From assembly GCA_963814585.1 (NCBI GenBank), contig CAWFDF010000012.1, forward strand, positions 244,467 through 308,466: 64,000 nucleotides of DNA, written 5' to 3'. The stretch is from an uncultured delta proteobacterium (GTDB lineage Bacteria; Myxococcota; Myxococcia; Myxococcales; Anaeromyxobacteraceae). The first letter of the stretch is position 1, and every line of letters starts with the position of its first letter. The notes below the pieces were generated by a model. It saw nothing but the letters and a program-made list of their open reading frames with translations, did not search any database and had not been told where the DNA came from. A program made the position numbers and the translations under genes. Of the stretch, positions 26,201-36,773 are shown piece by piece.

Positions 26201-27818
26201 TCTCCTCGCGGATGGCGTCCACCGGTGGGTTGGTCACCTGCGCGAAGAGCTGCTTGAAGTAGGCGAAGAGGAGCTGCGGCTTCTCGGAGAGGACGGCCAG
26301 CGGGGTGTCGGTCCCCATCGAGCCGATGGGCTCGGTGCCGTCGATGGCCATGGGCGTGATGAGCCGGCTGACGTCCTCGGAGGTGTAGCCGAAGACCTCC
26401 TGGCGCCGGAGCACCGTCTCGTGGGCGGGCTCGATGATCCGGCCCGGCCGGGGCAGCTGGTCGAGCTGGACCAGGTGCTCCTCCAGCCAGGCCGCGTAGG
26501 GCGCCGCGCCGGCGATGCGCTGCTTCAGCTCGTCGTCCGGGACGATGCGCTGCTCCGCGGTGTCGACGTAGAAGATCCGGCCCGGCTGCAGGCGCCCCTT
26601 CTGGACGATCTGGTCGGCGGGGATGTCGAGCACGCCGACCTCGGAGGCCATCACCACCAGGCCGTCCCGGGTGACGTAGTAGCGGCTGGGGCGCAGGCCG
26701 TTCCGGTCCAGCACCGCGCCGATGCGGACGCCGTCGGTGAAGGCGATGGAGGCGGGACCGTCCCACGGCTCCATCAGGCAGGAGTGGAACTCGTAGAAGG
26801 CCCTCTTCTCGGCGCTCATGGCCTGGTTCTGGCTCCAGGCCTCGGGCACCATCATCATGATGGCGTGCGGCAGCTCGCGGCCGGCCAGCGTCAGCAGCTC
26901 CAGCACGTTGTCGAACATGCCGGAGTCGGAGCCGTCCGTGTCGATCACGGTGAGGACCTTCTGCAGGTCGTCCCCGAAGAGCGCCGACTTCATCATCGAC
27001 TGGCGCGCGTGCATCCAGTTGATGTTGCCCCGCAGCGTGTTGATCTCGCCGTTGTGCGAGATGTAGCGGTACGGGTGGGCGCGGGACCAGGACGGGAAGG
27101 TGTTGGTCGAGAACCGCGAGTGCACCATGCCCAGCGCCGAGACCACGGCAGGGTCCTGCAGGTCCGGGTAGAAGCGGCGCAGCTGGGGGGCGTTGAGCAT
27201 CCCCTTGAAGACGATGGTCTTGTAGCTCAGGCTCGGCAGGTAGAAGTGGGTGCGGCCCGGGATGGACGAGCGCGACACCTTCTTCTCCACCTGGCGTCGG
27301 ATCAGGTACAGCTTCCGCTCGAAGGCCAGCTCGTCGGCCAGCCCCTCGCCGCGCCCCACGAAGACCTGGCGGATCACCGGCTGCGAGCTCCTCGCCGAGG
27401 GCCCGAGCGTCACGGGGTCGGTCGGGACGTCGCGCCAGCCCAGCACCCGCTGCCCCTCGATGCGGACGGTCTCCTCGACGATCCGCTCGCAGGCGGCGCG
27501 TCCCTCGGCGCCCGGGGGAAGGAAGACCATGCCGGCGCCGTACTGGCCGGCGGCCGGGAGGGCGAAGCCCAGCTTGCCGCAGCGCTCGCGCAGGAAGGCG
27601 TGGGGGACCTGGAGCAGGATGCCGGCGCCGTCGCCGGTGTCCTTCTCGGCGCCGACCGCGCCGCGGTGCTCGAGGTTGACCAGCACCTGGAGCGCCTTCT
27701 CCACGATGTCGTGGGAGGACCGCCCCTTCAGGTCGACCACGAAGCCGAAGCCGCAGGCATCCTTCTCCTGCTGCGGATCGTAGAGCCCCTGCCTCGCCGG
27801 GTAACCTGCTTCGCGCAT
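23208..27818 (-). CDS. gltB: glutamate synthase large subunit
   Basis: 1536 aa. Ntn amidotransferase start (KDACGFGFV). FMN/3Fe-4S central domains. C-terminal GXGXG-type domain. Confidence 0.97.
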   Translation of the reverse strand: MREAGYPARQGLYDPQQEKDACGFGFVVDLKGRSSHDIVEKALQVLVNLEHRGAVGAEKDTGDGAGILLQVPHAFLRERCGKLGFALPAAGQYGAGMVFLPPGAEGRAACERIVEETVRIEGQRVLGWRDVPTDPVTLGPSARSSQPVIRQVFVGRGEGLADELAFERKLYLIRRQVEKKVSRSSIPGRTHFYLPSLSYKTIVFKGMLNAPQLRRFYPDLQDPAVVSALGMVHSRFSTNTFPSWSRAHPYRYISHNGEINTLRGNINWMHARQSMMKSALFGDDLQKVLTVIDTDGSDSGMFDNVLELLTLAGRELPHAIMMMVPEAWSQNQAMSAEKRAFYEFHSCLMEPWDGPASIAFTDGVRIGAVLDRNGLRPSRYYVTRDGLVVMASEVGVLDIPADQIVQKGRLQPGRIFYVDTAEQRIVPDDELKQRIAGAAPYAAWLEEHLVQLDQLPRPGRIIEPAHETVLRRQEVFGYTSEDVSRLITPMAIDGTEPIGSMGTDTPLAVLSEKPQLLFAYFKQLFAQVTNPPVDAIREEIIMAVDTAVGPEGNLLEARPESARQLALPSPVIRNEDLEKIRGLDGGAGAKGLKAITLPILFKASAGGAGLRKALEDLRWRVSECLAEGCNIIVLSDRGHDAEDAPIPSLLAVSAVQHHLIREGTRTRCGIVLESGEPREVHHFALLIGYGASAVNPYLAFETIHDQVKLGMIPGSAADAEKKYAKAVAKGIVKVISKMGISTIQSYHGAQVFEAVGLNQDFIDEYFTWTATRIGGVGIDVVASEARQRHERGFPPRRPVFHRSLPAGGQYQYRAGGEHHLFNPETVHRLQVATRTGDYRAFKDYTALVDNQATHLCTLRGLMDFKPAARPVPIEEVEPVEAIMRRFKTGAMSYGSISKEAHEALAIAMNRIGAKSNTGEGGEDPARYVPEPNGDSKNSAIKQVASARFGVTSLYLVNARELQIKMAQGAKPGEGGQLPGSKVYPWIARVRHATPGVGLISPPPHHDIYSIEDLAQLIHDLKNANHKARISVKLVAEVGVGTIAAGVAKAHADVVLIAGHDGGTGASPLTSIKHAGIPWELGLAETHQVLVLNDLRSRIAVEVDGQLKTGRDVVVGALLGAEEFGFATGPLVSLGCIMMRACHLNTCPVGVATQDPQLRARFTGDPAHVVNFMRFIAQEVREYMAVLGFRTVEEMVGRSERLEMRRAVDHWKARNLDFSRILYKPTVPRAFGRTCSIPQDHGVERSLDATTLLPLARPAIEEGKKVEASLPIRNTNRVVGTMTGSEVTRRHGAAGLPPGTITFRFTGSAGQSFGAFIPRGMTLLLEGDANDYLGKGLSGGTLAVFPPRDAGFVAEENVVIGNVALYGATGGEAFIRGVAGERFAVRNSGAVAVVEGVGDHGCEYMTGGTVAVLGPTGRNFAAGMSGGVAYVHDADGAFAVSCNLEMVGLGPVVEPEDAGALRALIERHVALTGSELGKRLLADWKATLPRFVKVWPHDYRRMLESQRRLRATGMSPEEAELAAFEMNARDQARVGGN

Positions 27819-28043
27819 CTCTCTTCTCTCTCCCTGCCAGCCGTGAAATGGACCGGCGAGTGTGACCCATGCCGGGAAGGACCGTCAACCCGTGAGGCCT
27901 GACGAAATCCGGGCAGTTGCACGGTTTCCGGGCAGGTGGTGGCGGGGGGCGAGGGACCGCGCAACCAGCCGGCGCCGCCGGTGTTCAGGCCAGGGAGCGC
28001 TCCAGCGGGATCTCCCCCGCTCCGCTCCCGAGGGAGACCGACC

Positions 28044-29357
28044 ATGAGGATCACCACCTGGCTGGGCGCCGCCGCGCTGGCCCTGACACTGGCCGCCTGC
28101 GGCCAGGCCACCGACGACTTCGCCGGCGCCACGCCGGACGTCGCCGGCCTGACGCTGGAGGTCGAGGGGGGCGCCGCCGAAGGGCTTCCGCTCCTCGCCA
28201 CCTCGCCCGCGTCCGCGAGCCCCCTGGCCGCCCTGGCCACGACGCCCGGTGACGGCGACGATCTCGCCACCATCCGGGCCGAGGTCAAGGCCCTCAACGG
28301 CGAGCTGCGGCGGGTGATGGAGCGGGTGGAGGAGGCGGTCCAGGCCGGGGGCACGGCGGCGGTCGGCGGCCGGATGATCTACGGGCCGGCCGATCGGTGC
28401 GTGGTGCCGGACGCCAGCGGCGGCTGCGCGGCCTCGGCCAACTTCGTCCTGGGCGTGAAGCGCGAGCGCGACCACCTCTTCACCTGGCTGCTGGAGGCCC
28501 GCCCCGTCGGCTCGACCGTCCAGGCCGACTTCAAGCCGGTGGCCGCTGGCTGGCTGGCCCGCGGCGGCCAGCGGCACCGGGGGGTCGGCAAGCTCGCCCT
28601 CCACCTGCGCAACCTGAAGGCCGTGCAGCCGGCCTACGGCGGCGACGGCTTCCTGCTGGGCGGCTTCGCCAATGGACCGGTCGTCAAGTCGGTGCACTAC
28701 CGGCTGGTCGAGTTCACCCCCGACGGCGCCAACCCCCGGACCGCCGCCTACGTGGGGATGAAGAACGGCAGCGGCATCCGCCGCGTCCGCGTGGCCACGC
28801 CGCAGGACCTGCTGGCCCCGCCCGCGGGTGGCGTGGACATGGGCGACGAGCTGTTGCTGGCCCGCGCCGCCTGGCTCCCCGGCGTGGCCGGGCGCACCTA
28901 CTCGGTCGTCACCAACTGGAGGCAGCTGGACCGCACCGTCGCGCCGCCGGTGCTGGGGGGCCTCCCGCACGGGGACGTGCCGGGCGCCAGCTGGGACTCC
29001 AGCTACTACTTCGGCCGCGCCTGCTACGCTCCGGACAGCGCCGGGGCGCCGCTCACCATGAAGTTCAAGGAGTGGTACCTGTGCGAGCGGAGCGAGGGAC
29101 CGGTCGCCTGCGTGGTCCGCCAGGGCGGCGTGGGCACGGTGGTCTCCGGCACCGGGACCTGGGCCGACGGCTGCAGGCTCGCCGTCGAGCCGCCCGAGCT
29201 CGGCGATCCCGGCGACGCCGGGGAGCATCCGGAGCACGACTCGGACGAGCCGGGCATGGGCGGCCGTGGCATGCAGGCCCCACCGGCGCCGCCGGCCGAC
29301 CCGAACGACATCGGCGCGCCGCCACCCGGCATGCCGGGCATGCACCCGATGATGTGA
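28044..29357 (+). CDS. hypothetical lipoprotein (no recognisable domain), Pro/Gly/Met-rich C-terminal tail
   Basis: MRITTWLGAAALALTLAACG lipobox with a GGGAG RBS. The body is non-repetitive with normal composition and several Cys pairs. The tail is ...PPAPPADPNDIGAPPPGMPGMHPMM. Confidence 0.7.
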   Translation: MRITTWLGAAALALTLAACGQATDDFAGATPDVAGLTLEVEGGAAEGLPLLATSPASASPLAALATTPGDGDDLATIRAEVKALNGELRRVMERVEEAVQAGGTAAVGGRMIYGPADRCVVPDASGGCAASANFVLGVKRERDHLFTWLLEARPVGSTVQADFKPVAAGWLARGGQRHRGVGKLALHLRNLKAVQPAYGGDGFLLGGFANGPVVKSVHYRLVEFTPDGANPRTAAYVGMKNGSGIRRVRVATPQDLLAPPAGGVDMGDELLLARAAWLPGVAGRTYSVVTNWRQLDRTVAPPVLGGLPHGDVPGASWDSSYYFGRACYAPDSAGAPLTMKFKEWYLCERSEGPVACVVRQGGVGTVVSGTGTWADGCRLAVEPPELGDPGDAGEHPEHDSDEPGMGGRGMQAPPAPPADPNDIGAPPPGMPGMHPMM

Positions 29358-29417
29358 GTCGCTGGAGGTGGCGGGCGGCGTGGGCCGGCCGCTCACCGGC
29401 AGCATCCCGGTGACACG

Positions 29418-29448
29418 CATCGGCTCCCCTGGTCGCGTCGGGGCCCCG
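29418..29448. repeat. 31-nt direct repeat, copy 1
   Basis: CATCGGCTCCCCTGGTCGCGTCGGGGCCCCG. It is 30/31 identical to copy 2 at 29587-29617. Both copies are preceded by CCGGTG. Confidence 0.85.
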
Positions 29449-29478
29449 CCGGGCCGGGGAGCTCGTCCCGCCTGCGGC

Positions 29479-29517
29479 GCGCCCGCTCGCCAGCGGCCGG
29501 TCCGCTCGAGCGGGCGC
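29479..29517. other. very stable intergenic hairpin (11-bp plus 5-bp stem with a 2-nt bulge)
   Basis: GCGCCCGCTCG (29479-29489) is complementary to CGAGCGGGCGC (29507-29517). The inner stem is AGCGG (29492-29496) with CCGCT (29502-29506), loop CCGGT. It lies between the two 31-nt repeat copies. Confidence 0.7.
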
Positions 29518-29586
29518 CGCTGAGGCTGCGCGGCTCGCTCCCGGCCGGCGGATCCCCACCGCTCCCGGGAGCCTCTCGCCGGTGCA

Positions 29587-29617
29587 CATCGGCTCCCGTG
29601 GTCGCGTCGGGGCCCCG
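29587..29617. repeat. 31-nt direct repeat, copy 2
   Basis: CATCGGCTCCCGTGGTCGCGTCGGGGCCCCG. It lies 169 nt downstream of copy 1. Confidence 0.85.
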
Positions 29618-29830
29618 GCGATCCCCGGGAACCGCCGGCCCAGGCCCCGTCCTGGTTTACTCTCGGTCGCAGGCGGGGCGCCTCTTCGCCGCCCCGGGAA
29701 TCGAGCCGCCCGCCACCCGTTCCGCTTCCGATGCGGCCCGGGTTGTGCCATGTTCTCGCCCCGCTCGCTCCCCGGGTCCGGAGGATGGAGGCGGGTGCAG
29801 CGTGTTCGCCGACGTGCGGCGCGGAGGTAC

Positions 29831-31498
29831 ATGGTGAGCAACTCTCCAGTTTCCACGGGCGCCCCGGCGGCCGCAGCGAGCGCCGGTGAGCGCGAGGCCC
29901 GGTTGACCACCCTGCTGGTCTTCGGCGCCATGACCATCGGCGCGGTGATCCAGATTCGGATTCCCCCGGGGCCGACCACGCTGGTGGCGGCCACCGGCAT
30001 CGCCAGCCTGGTGGTGCTCGGCCTCTCCTTCGTGGTCCCGGGGCGCCTGCGCAGCACCCTCACCGGCTTCCGCTTCACCTCGTCGCTCCTCATCGCGCTG
30101 GCGGTCTTCGCCATCCTCGGGACGCTCATCCTGCAGGGGAAGCCGGCCGAGCTCTACCGGGCCAGGTACGGCGCGGTGGCCGGGCTGATCCTGGCGCTCC
30201 GCTTCGACGACATCTTCCACGGCCTCCCCTATGCCGGGCTGATGGCCCTCTTCGGCGCCGCCATCCTCGCCTCGGCGTCGCTGCGCTGGCCCATCTCGAC
30301 CAAGCGGGCCGGCTTCTTCATCGCCCACGTCGGCCTGCTGGTCTCCGGCGCCGGAGCGGCCGCCTCCAGCATGCTCTCGGTGCGCGGGCGGATCGACCTC
30401 TTCGCCGGCGGCGACGTGGCCAACCAGGTCCGCGTCACCAAGGGCGGCGTGCCGACGGGCGCCTACCAGGCGCTGCCGTTCGAGCTGAAGCTCGACCAGT
30501 TCGACCTCGTCAACTACGAGGCCGAGTACCGGGTCGGCTACTACGAGAAGACCCGCATCGTCCGCGACGGCGTGGCCATGGACGACTACCGGCTCAAGAC
30601 CAGCTTCGACGCCTACCAGGTCGACGTCTTCAACACCAAGGCCGATCCGGTTCCGGATCTGGCCAAGCATCGCCTCCCGGGCGGCGACTCGTTCAGGATC
30701 AAGGCCTTCTACCCGGACTTCGAGGTGGTGCCGCGCGTGACGCCGGCCGCCAGCGGGCCCCCGGCGCTGCTGGTGACGCTGGCGGGCCGGCCGCACTGGC
30801 TGCAGCCGGGCGAGCTGGCCGCCTCGCCCGACGGCGCGCTGGCGGTGGCCTTCGGCGAACGGCTCCCTCCTCCGCCGCCAGGCCTGGCCACCGCGGTGCT
30901 GGTGTCGTCGCTCGATCGGCAGGTGGTGATCCACCGCGCCGACGGAAGCGCCTCGCAGCCCTTCGCCGAGGGGCTCGCCCTCCTCGGAGGCGCGGTCCGC
31001 CTCGACCAGCTGCTGGTCCACTCGGCGCGTGGCTCCGTCTACCAGACTCGCAGCCGCGAGCCGCGCCATCCGGCGGCGGTGATCGAGACCAGCGTCGACG
31101 GCCGGGTCCAGGAGACGCTGGTGGTCGCCGCCCAGCCGCGCGGCGTCTTCCTGCGTGACGGCAAGTCGGCCCTGGTCTTCGAGAAGCGGGACAAGGAGGT
31201 CAAGGCCTTCCTCTCCCACGTCACCGCACGTCAGGGCGACAAGGTGCAGCGGGCCGTGGTGTCGGTGAACGACCCGTTCGACTTCGGCGGGTGGATGCTC
31301 TACCAGGTCAACTACAACCCGGAGGATCCCACCTACTCCGGGCTCGAGGCGGTGCGGGATCCGGGGGTGTTCTGGGTCTTCGTCGGCTTCGGGCTCATCT
31401 GCCTCGGCGTCTTCTACATGCTCTACGTCGAGCCGCGGCTGCGCGCGGGCGGCATCGAGCGCCCGTCGCCCACCACGTCGCCGGCCGCCCCGGCCTGA
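29831..31498 (+). CDS. resB: cytochrome c biogenesis protein ResB/Ccs1 (system II)
   Basis: The C-terminal signature NDPFDFGGWMLYQVNYNPEDPTYSGLEAVRDPG plus a terminal TM is typical of ResB. The start is uncertain: I prefer the ATG at 29831 (GGAGG upstream) over the GTG at 29582. Confidence 0.8.
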   Translation: MVSNSPVSTGAPAAAASAGEREARLTTLLVFGAMTIGAVIQIRIPPGPTTLVAATGIASLVVLGLSFVVPGRLRSTLTGFRFTSSLLIALAVFAILGTLILQGKPAELYRARYGAVAGLILALRFDDIFHGLPYAGLMALFGAAILASASLRWPISTKRAGFFIAHVGLLVSGAGAAASSMLSVRGRIDLFAGGDVANQVRVTKGGVPTGAYQALPFELKLDQFDLVNYEAEYRVGYYEKTRIVRDGVAMDDYRLKTSFDAYQVDVFNTKADPVPDLAKHRLPGGDSFRIKAFYPDFEVVPRVTPAASGPPALLVTLAGRPHWLQPGELAASPDGALAVAFGERLPPPPPGLATAVLVSSLDRQVVIHRADGSASQPFAEGLALLGGAVRLDQLLVHSARGSVYQTRSREPRHPAAVIETSVDGRVQETLVVAAQPRGVFLRDGKSALVFEKRDKEVKAFLSHVTARQGDKVQRAVVSVNDPFDFGGWMLYQVNYNPEDPTYSGLEAVRDPGVFWVFVGFGLICLGVFYMLYVEPRLRAGGIERPSPTTSPAAPA

Positions 31499-31510
31499 GG
31501 GAGATCGAAC

Positions 31511-32368
31511 ATGCTCCAGTACGTCCTCGTCGAGCACCCCTTCTTCGCCCTCACCAGCCTGCTCTACCTGGCCTCGACGCTGGCCTACGGGCTGGCCTGG
31601 GTCTCCCCGAGCCGGCTGCCGGGCCGCGCCGGGACCGCGCTGATGGCCGCCGGCGTGGTGCTCAACACCGGGCTCATCGTCGGCCGCTGGCTGGAGGCGG
31701 GCCGCGCCCCCTTCAAGTCCCTCTTCGAGTCACTGGTCTTCTTCGCGTTCTGCATCGCGCTGCTCTACGTGGTCTTCGAGCGGCTCTACAGGACGCGGCT
31801 CTTCGGCGTGGCCGCCGGCCTGATGGCCTTCGGCTCCATGGCCTACGCCCTGGCCAAGTGGGACGCCGAGATCGTCAAGCTGCCGCCGGCGCTCCAGTCG
31901 GGCTGGTTCGTGCCGCACGTCATGGTCTACTTCATCGGCTACGCGGCGGTGGCCATCGCCACGGGCGTGGCGGTGGTGCAGCTGCTCTCCAGCCGGATCC
32001 CCTTCGTCCACCGCCTCACCACCCTGAAGGCCGGCTCGGTCCTCTCCGGCGAGCCGCTCGATCTCGACCGGATCTCCTACGACGCGGTCCGCTTCGGCTT
32101 CGTGCTGCTCACCATCGGGCTGCTGGTCGGCTCGGTGTGGGCCAAGAGCGCCTGGGGCGACTTCTGGGTCTGGGACCCCAAGGAGAACTGGTCGCTGGTG
32201 ACCTGGCTGATCTATGGAGCCTACCTGCACCTGCGCAAGGTCCGGGGTTGGCGCGGCGATCGGGCGGCCTGGGTCGCCATCATCGGCTTCGCGGTGGTGA
32301 TGTTCACCTACCTGGGCATCAACATGCTGCCCACCGCCGAGGAGAGCGCGCACGTCTACACCAACTAG
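31511..32368 (+). CDS. ccsA: cytochrome c-type biogenesis protein CcsA/ResC (haem exporter/lyase subunit)
   Basis: 285 aa polytopic membrane protein with a WWD/Trp-rich motif (WGDFWVWDPKENWSLVTWLIYGAYLH). Confidence 0.9.
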   Translation: MLQYVLVEHPFFALTSLLYLASTLAYGLAWVSPSRLPGRAGTALMAAGVVLNTGLIVGRWLEAGRAPFKSLFESLVFFAFCIALLYVVFERLYRTRLFGVAAGLMAFGSMAYALAKWDAEIVKLPPALQSGWFVPHVMVYFIGYAAVAIATGVAVVQLLSSRIPFVHRLTTLKAGSVLSGEPLDLDRISYDAVRFGFVLLTIGLLVGSVWAKSAWGDFWVWDPKENWSLVTWLIYGAYLHLRKVRGWRGDRAAWVAIIGFAVVMFTYLGINMLPTAEESAHVYTN

Positions 32369-32379
32369 TGCCTGGCGGC

Positions 32380-33786
32380 TCAGCGGGAGTGGGACTCGCC
32401 GCCGAAGGCGACCGCGTCCTCCCGGTGAGCGCGTCCGGGCTGGCCGGCCCGGTACTCCTTGAGACGGTACTGGATCTTGCGGACCGAGACGCCGAGCACC
32501 TCGGCGGCGCGGGCGGTGGACCCCCCGGCCTGCTCCAGCGTCCGCAGGATCGCCTCGCGCTCGATCTCGAAGAGCGTGGCCCCGGGGATGAGGCCGCTGG
32601 CCATGCCCCCCTCCGGCTGGCCACCCGTGAGGACCGGTGGGAGGTCCTCCACCCGCAGCTCGGGGCCCTTCGCATGCGACGCGGCCTCCTCGATGACCGC
32701 CTCCAGCTCGCGGACGTTGCCGGGCCACGGGTAGGTGAAGAAGGCGGAGAGGACGCCTGGCGCGGCCAGGAGCGGCGCGCTCCCCGTGGAGCGGGCCCGG
32801 TAGGCGAGCAGGTGGGTGACCAGCGCCGGGATGTCGGCCTTCCGGTCGCGCAGCGGCGGCAGCGCCGCCGCCACCACGTTGAGCCGGTAGTAGAGGTCGT
32901 CGCGGAAGCGACCGTGGCGAACCTCCTCCGCGAGGTCCCGGCTCGAGCCGGCCATGATCCGCACGTCGGCGGCCAGCAGGTCGCGTCCTCCGCGTCGCTC
33001 GAAGACGCCCTCCTGCAGCACCCGCAGCAGCCGGACCTGGAGGTCGGGCGGCAGCTGCCCCACCTCGTGCACGTAGAGCGTGCCGCCCCGCGCCTCCTCG
33101 ATGCGCCCGAGGCGCCGCTGGTCCGCCTCCTCGAAGGCCCCCTTCTCGTGGCCGAACAGCTCGCTCTCGATCAGCGACCCGGACACCGCGGCGCAGTTGA
33201 CCGCCACGAAGGGGCGCTCCCGCCGCGGTGACAGCTCGTGGACGGCCTCCGCCAGGTGGCGCTTCCCCGAGCCGGACTCTCCGTGGATGAGGATGGTCGC
33301 CTTGGTCGGCGCCACCCGGCGCACCAGCTCGAACGCCGCCACCAGCTCCGGCGCGGTCCCGATCAGCGCCAGCCGGCCCCTGATCCGCTCGCGCAGCCTG
33401 GCGATCTCGGTCCGCAGCGCGCTCCGCTCGCCGGCCCGCTGCAGGATTGCCCCGAGGCGGTTCGACTCGAGCGGCCGCACCAGGAACCCGTCGGCGCCGG
33501 TCCCGGTCGCCAGCCGCGCCGCCGGCCCCTCCCCGGCGCCGCCGATCACGAGCACCGAGGCCAGTCCACCGAGGGCGCGCAGCCTCTGGACGAAGCTCGA
33601 TCCCTCGCAGCCCGGCGCGGCCGCGTCGACCAGCACCACCGCGGGCCTGGTGCTGGCGGCCACCGCGAGCGCCCGGTCGGCGGTGGCGGCCTCGTCGGCC
33701 TCGACGCCGAGCTCCCTCAGCTGGAGTCGGAGCGAGGCTCCGGCCTTCGGGTCGGCTTCGACGATGAGGAGGCGTGCTGGTTCCAT
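32380..33786 (-). CDS. NtrC-family response regulator (receiver + AAA+ + Fis-type HTH) with degenerate sigma-54 contact loop
   Basis: The receiver has a phospho-acceptor Asp (AVVLVDAAAPG). Walker A is HGESGSGK. GAFEEA replaces GAFTGA at 33124-33141. Walker B reads LYVHEV instead of hhhhDE. FRDDLYYRLNV is present. The C-terminal HTH is AAEVLGVSVRKIQYRLKEY. I prefer the ATG at 33786 over the TTG at 33810. Confidence 0.85.
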   Translation of the reverse strand: MEPARLLIVEADPKAGASLRLQLRELGVEADEAATADRALAVAASTRPAVVLVDAAAPGCEGSSFVQRLRALGGLASVLVIGGAGEGPAARLATGTGADGFLVRPLESNRLGAILQRAGERSALRTEIARLRERIRGRLALIGTAPELVAAFELVRRVAPTKATILIHGESGSGKRHLAEAVHELSPRRERPFVAVNCAAVSGSLIESELFGHEKGAFEEADQRRLGRIEEARGGTLYVHEVGQLPPDLQVRLLRVLQEGVFERRGGRDLLAADVRIMAGSSRDLAEEVRHGRFRDDLYYRLNVVAAALPPLRDRKADIPALVTHLLAYRARSTGSAPLLAAPGVLSAFFTYPWPGNVRELEAVIEEAASHAKGPELRVEDLPPVLTGGQPEGGMASGLIPGATLFEIEREAILRTLEQAGGSTARAAEVLGVSVRKIQYRLKEYRAGQPGRAHREDAVAFGGESHSR

Positions 33787-34088
33787 GGGGCGCAAGGGAC
33801 CTGTCAGCAAGTACCCTAAGCAAGGTGCGTACCCACCACATTAGGGCCTTTTCGTGCGGTGTGGACGCAGTCTTTGCAGTAAGCGCAATTTAGGCGCACC
33901 GCGGCTCATCCTAAAGAGGTATCTCGGCTGGTCACGGACGGGGAGTCTCCCCTTCCGCGGCTCCGACCGCCAACCCGCGAAGATCAGCGGGCATCCTCCG
34001 CGCTGGCTGGCCCGGAGCGGCCCCGGCGGACCACCGTGGTCCAGGACGAGGGGCGACGGCTCGTGCCCAGGCGACGTGGTCCCGCTGC

Positions 34089-34496
34089 CTAGCGCCCCGG
34101 ACTGGCGTGTCCGGTCGTCGCCGGCGCCGGGTTGAGGATGGCATCGCGGATCCGCTGCGGCGCGGTCTCGGCGTCGGGCGGATTGGCCAGCGGGAAGCGC
34201 GTGGAGTTGTCGAGCAGCGTCAGCCCGACGAGCAGCACCACGAAGACCAGCGAGGTCACCAGCACCAGGCGATTGGGGCCGGGCTGATCCCAGAGGTGCA
34301 TGAAGAAGAGCGCCACCAGCGCCCCCTTCACCGAGGCGATGGTGAGCGCCACCGCCACGCCGGCCGCGCCGGGGATGTGGACGGTGGAGAGCCCCCAGGT
34401 GAGCGCCGTCAGCACCATGAGCGCGGCCCAGACCATCAGGTAGCGCCCGGCGTGGGAGTGGGCGTGGGCGGTGGCGCCGTGGCCGTGGTCGGACAT
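34089..34496 (-). CDS. cytochrome c oxidase subunit IV (prokaryotic caa3-type)
   Basis: 135 aa, His-rich N-terminus, 3 TM helices (YLMVWAALMVLTALTW..., VKGALVALFFMHLW). It is the last gene of the oxidase cluster. Confidence 0.8.
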   Translation of the reverse strand: MSDHGHGATAHAHSHAGRYLMVWAALMVLTALTWGLSTVHIPGAAGVAVALTIASVKGALVALFFMHLWDQPGPNRLVLVTSLVFVVLLVGLTLLDNSTRFPLANPPDAETAPQRIRDAILNPAPATTGHASPGR

Positions 34497-34510
34497 CGGG
34501 TGGCTCCGGT

Positions 34511-35126
34511 TCAGATCAGGTAGATGAGCGGGAAGACGAAGATCCAGATCAGGTCGACCAGGTGCCAGTAGAGTCCCGCCAGCTCGACCGGCACGTGGTA
34601 CTGCGCGTCGTACTTGCCGAGCCAGGCCCTGGCCCCGATGATCCCCAGCACCGTCATGCCGATCAGCACGTGGATGGCGTGCAGGCCGGTGATGAGGAAG
34701 TAGAGGGTGAAGAAGAGCGATCCGCCCGAGCCGGCGATGGGGCCGCCGTAGAACTGGCCGGGCAGCTCGGCGTGGAGGAAGTGGTGGCGGTACTCGACCC
34801 CCTTCAGGACCATGAAGACCATGCCCATGGCGATGGAGGCGCCGAAGAGCAGGCCGGTGCGCCGGTTCTTCCCCTGGGCGATGGCGTCCAGCCCCATGGC
34901 CACCGTGAAGGAGCTGGAGACCAGCACGAAGGTGTTGACGCCACCCAGCCAGGTCTCGAGCCCGCGCGAGGCCTGCGAGAAGGCGTCGGCGTAGAGGAAG
35001 CGGTAGACGCCGTAGGCGGCGAAGAGGGCGGTGAAGAGCAGGATCTCGGTGGCCAGGAAGAGCCACATGCCGAGCCGCTGGGCCTGGCCCTGCTTCTCGA
35101 GGCTCTCGAAGTGGTGGGCGACGGCG

Positions 35127-35134
<8 letters not shown>
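34511..35134 (-). CDS. coxC: cytochrome c oxidase subunit III
   Basis: 207 aa. HHFESLEKQGQAQRLGMWLFLATEILLF... and ...WHLVDLIWIFVFPLIYL are typical of subunit III. Confidence 0.92.

Positions 35135-36750
<1,616 letters not shown>

Positions 36751-36773
<23 letters not shown>

Noticed and set aside
23331-27902. 1523-aa plus-strand ORF and 1402-aa minus-strand alternative frame (23680..27888) across gltB
   Set aside because: Both are shadow frames of the 1536-aa glutamate synthase large subunit, which has unmistakable family motifs. The shadow translations are low-complexity Arg/Gly/Pro/Asp/His.
29582-29830. Alternative GTG start that would extend ResB by 83 aa and make repeat copy 2 coding
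   Set aside because: The extension is Arg/Pro/Gly-rich (…GNRRPRPRPGLLSVAGGAPLRRPGNRAARHPFRFRC…) with no TM or signal character. The ATG at 29831 has a GGAGG RBS. I keep this as an uncertainty rather than a feature.
33811-34088. Lower-GC 278-nt spacer examined for a tRNA, a sigma-54 promoter for the NtrC-like gene and a cox terminator
   Set aside because: There is no T-loop (GTTCGAATC-like) or cloverleaf. The best GG/TTGC pair (cGGTGCgcctaaaTTGCg) has spacing 2 nt too long. The CGGAcGGGGAGtCTCCCCtTCCG palindrome lacks a U-tract. A promoter and a terminator are probably present, but I cannot place them.
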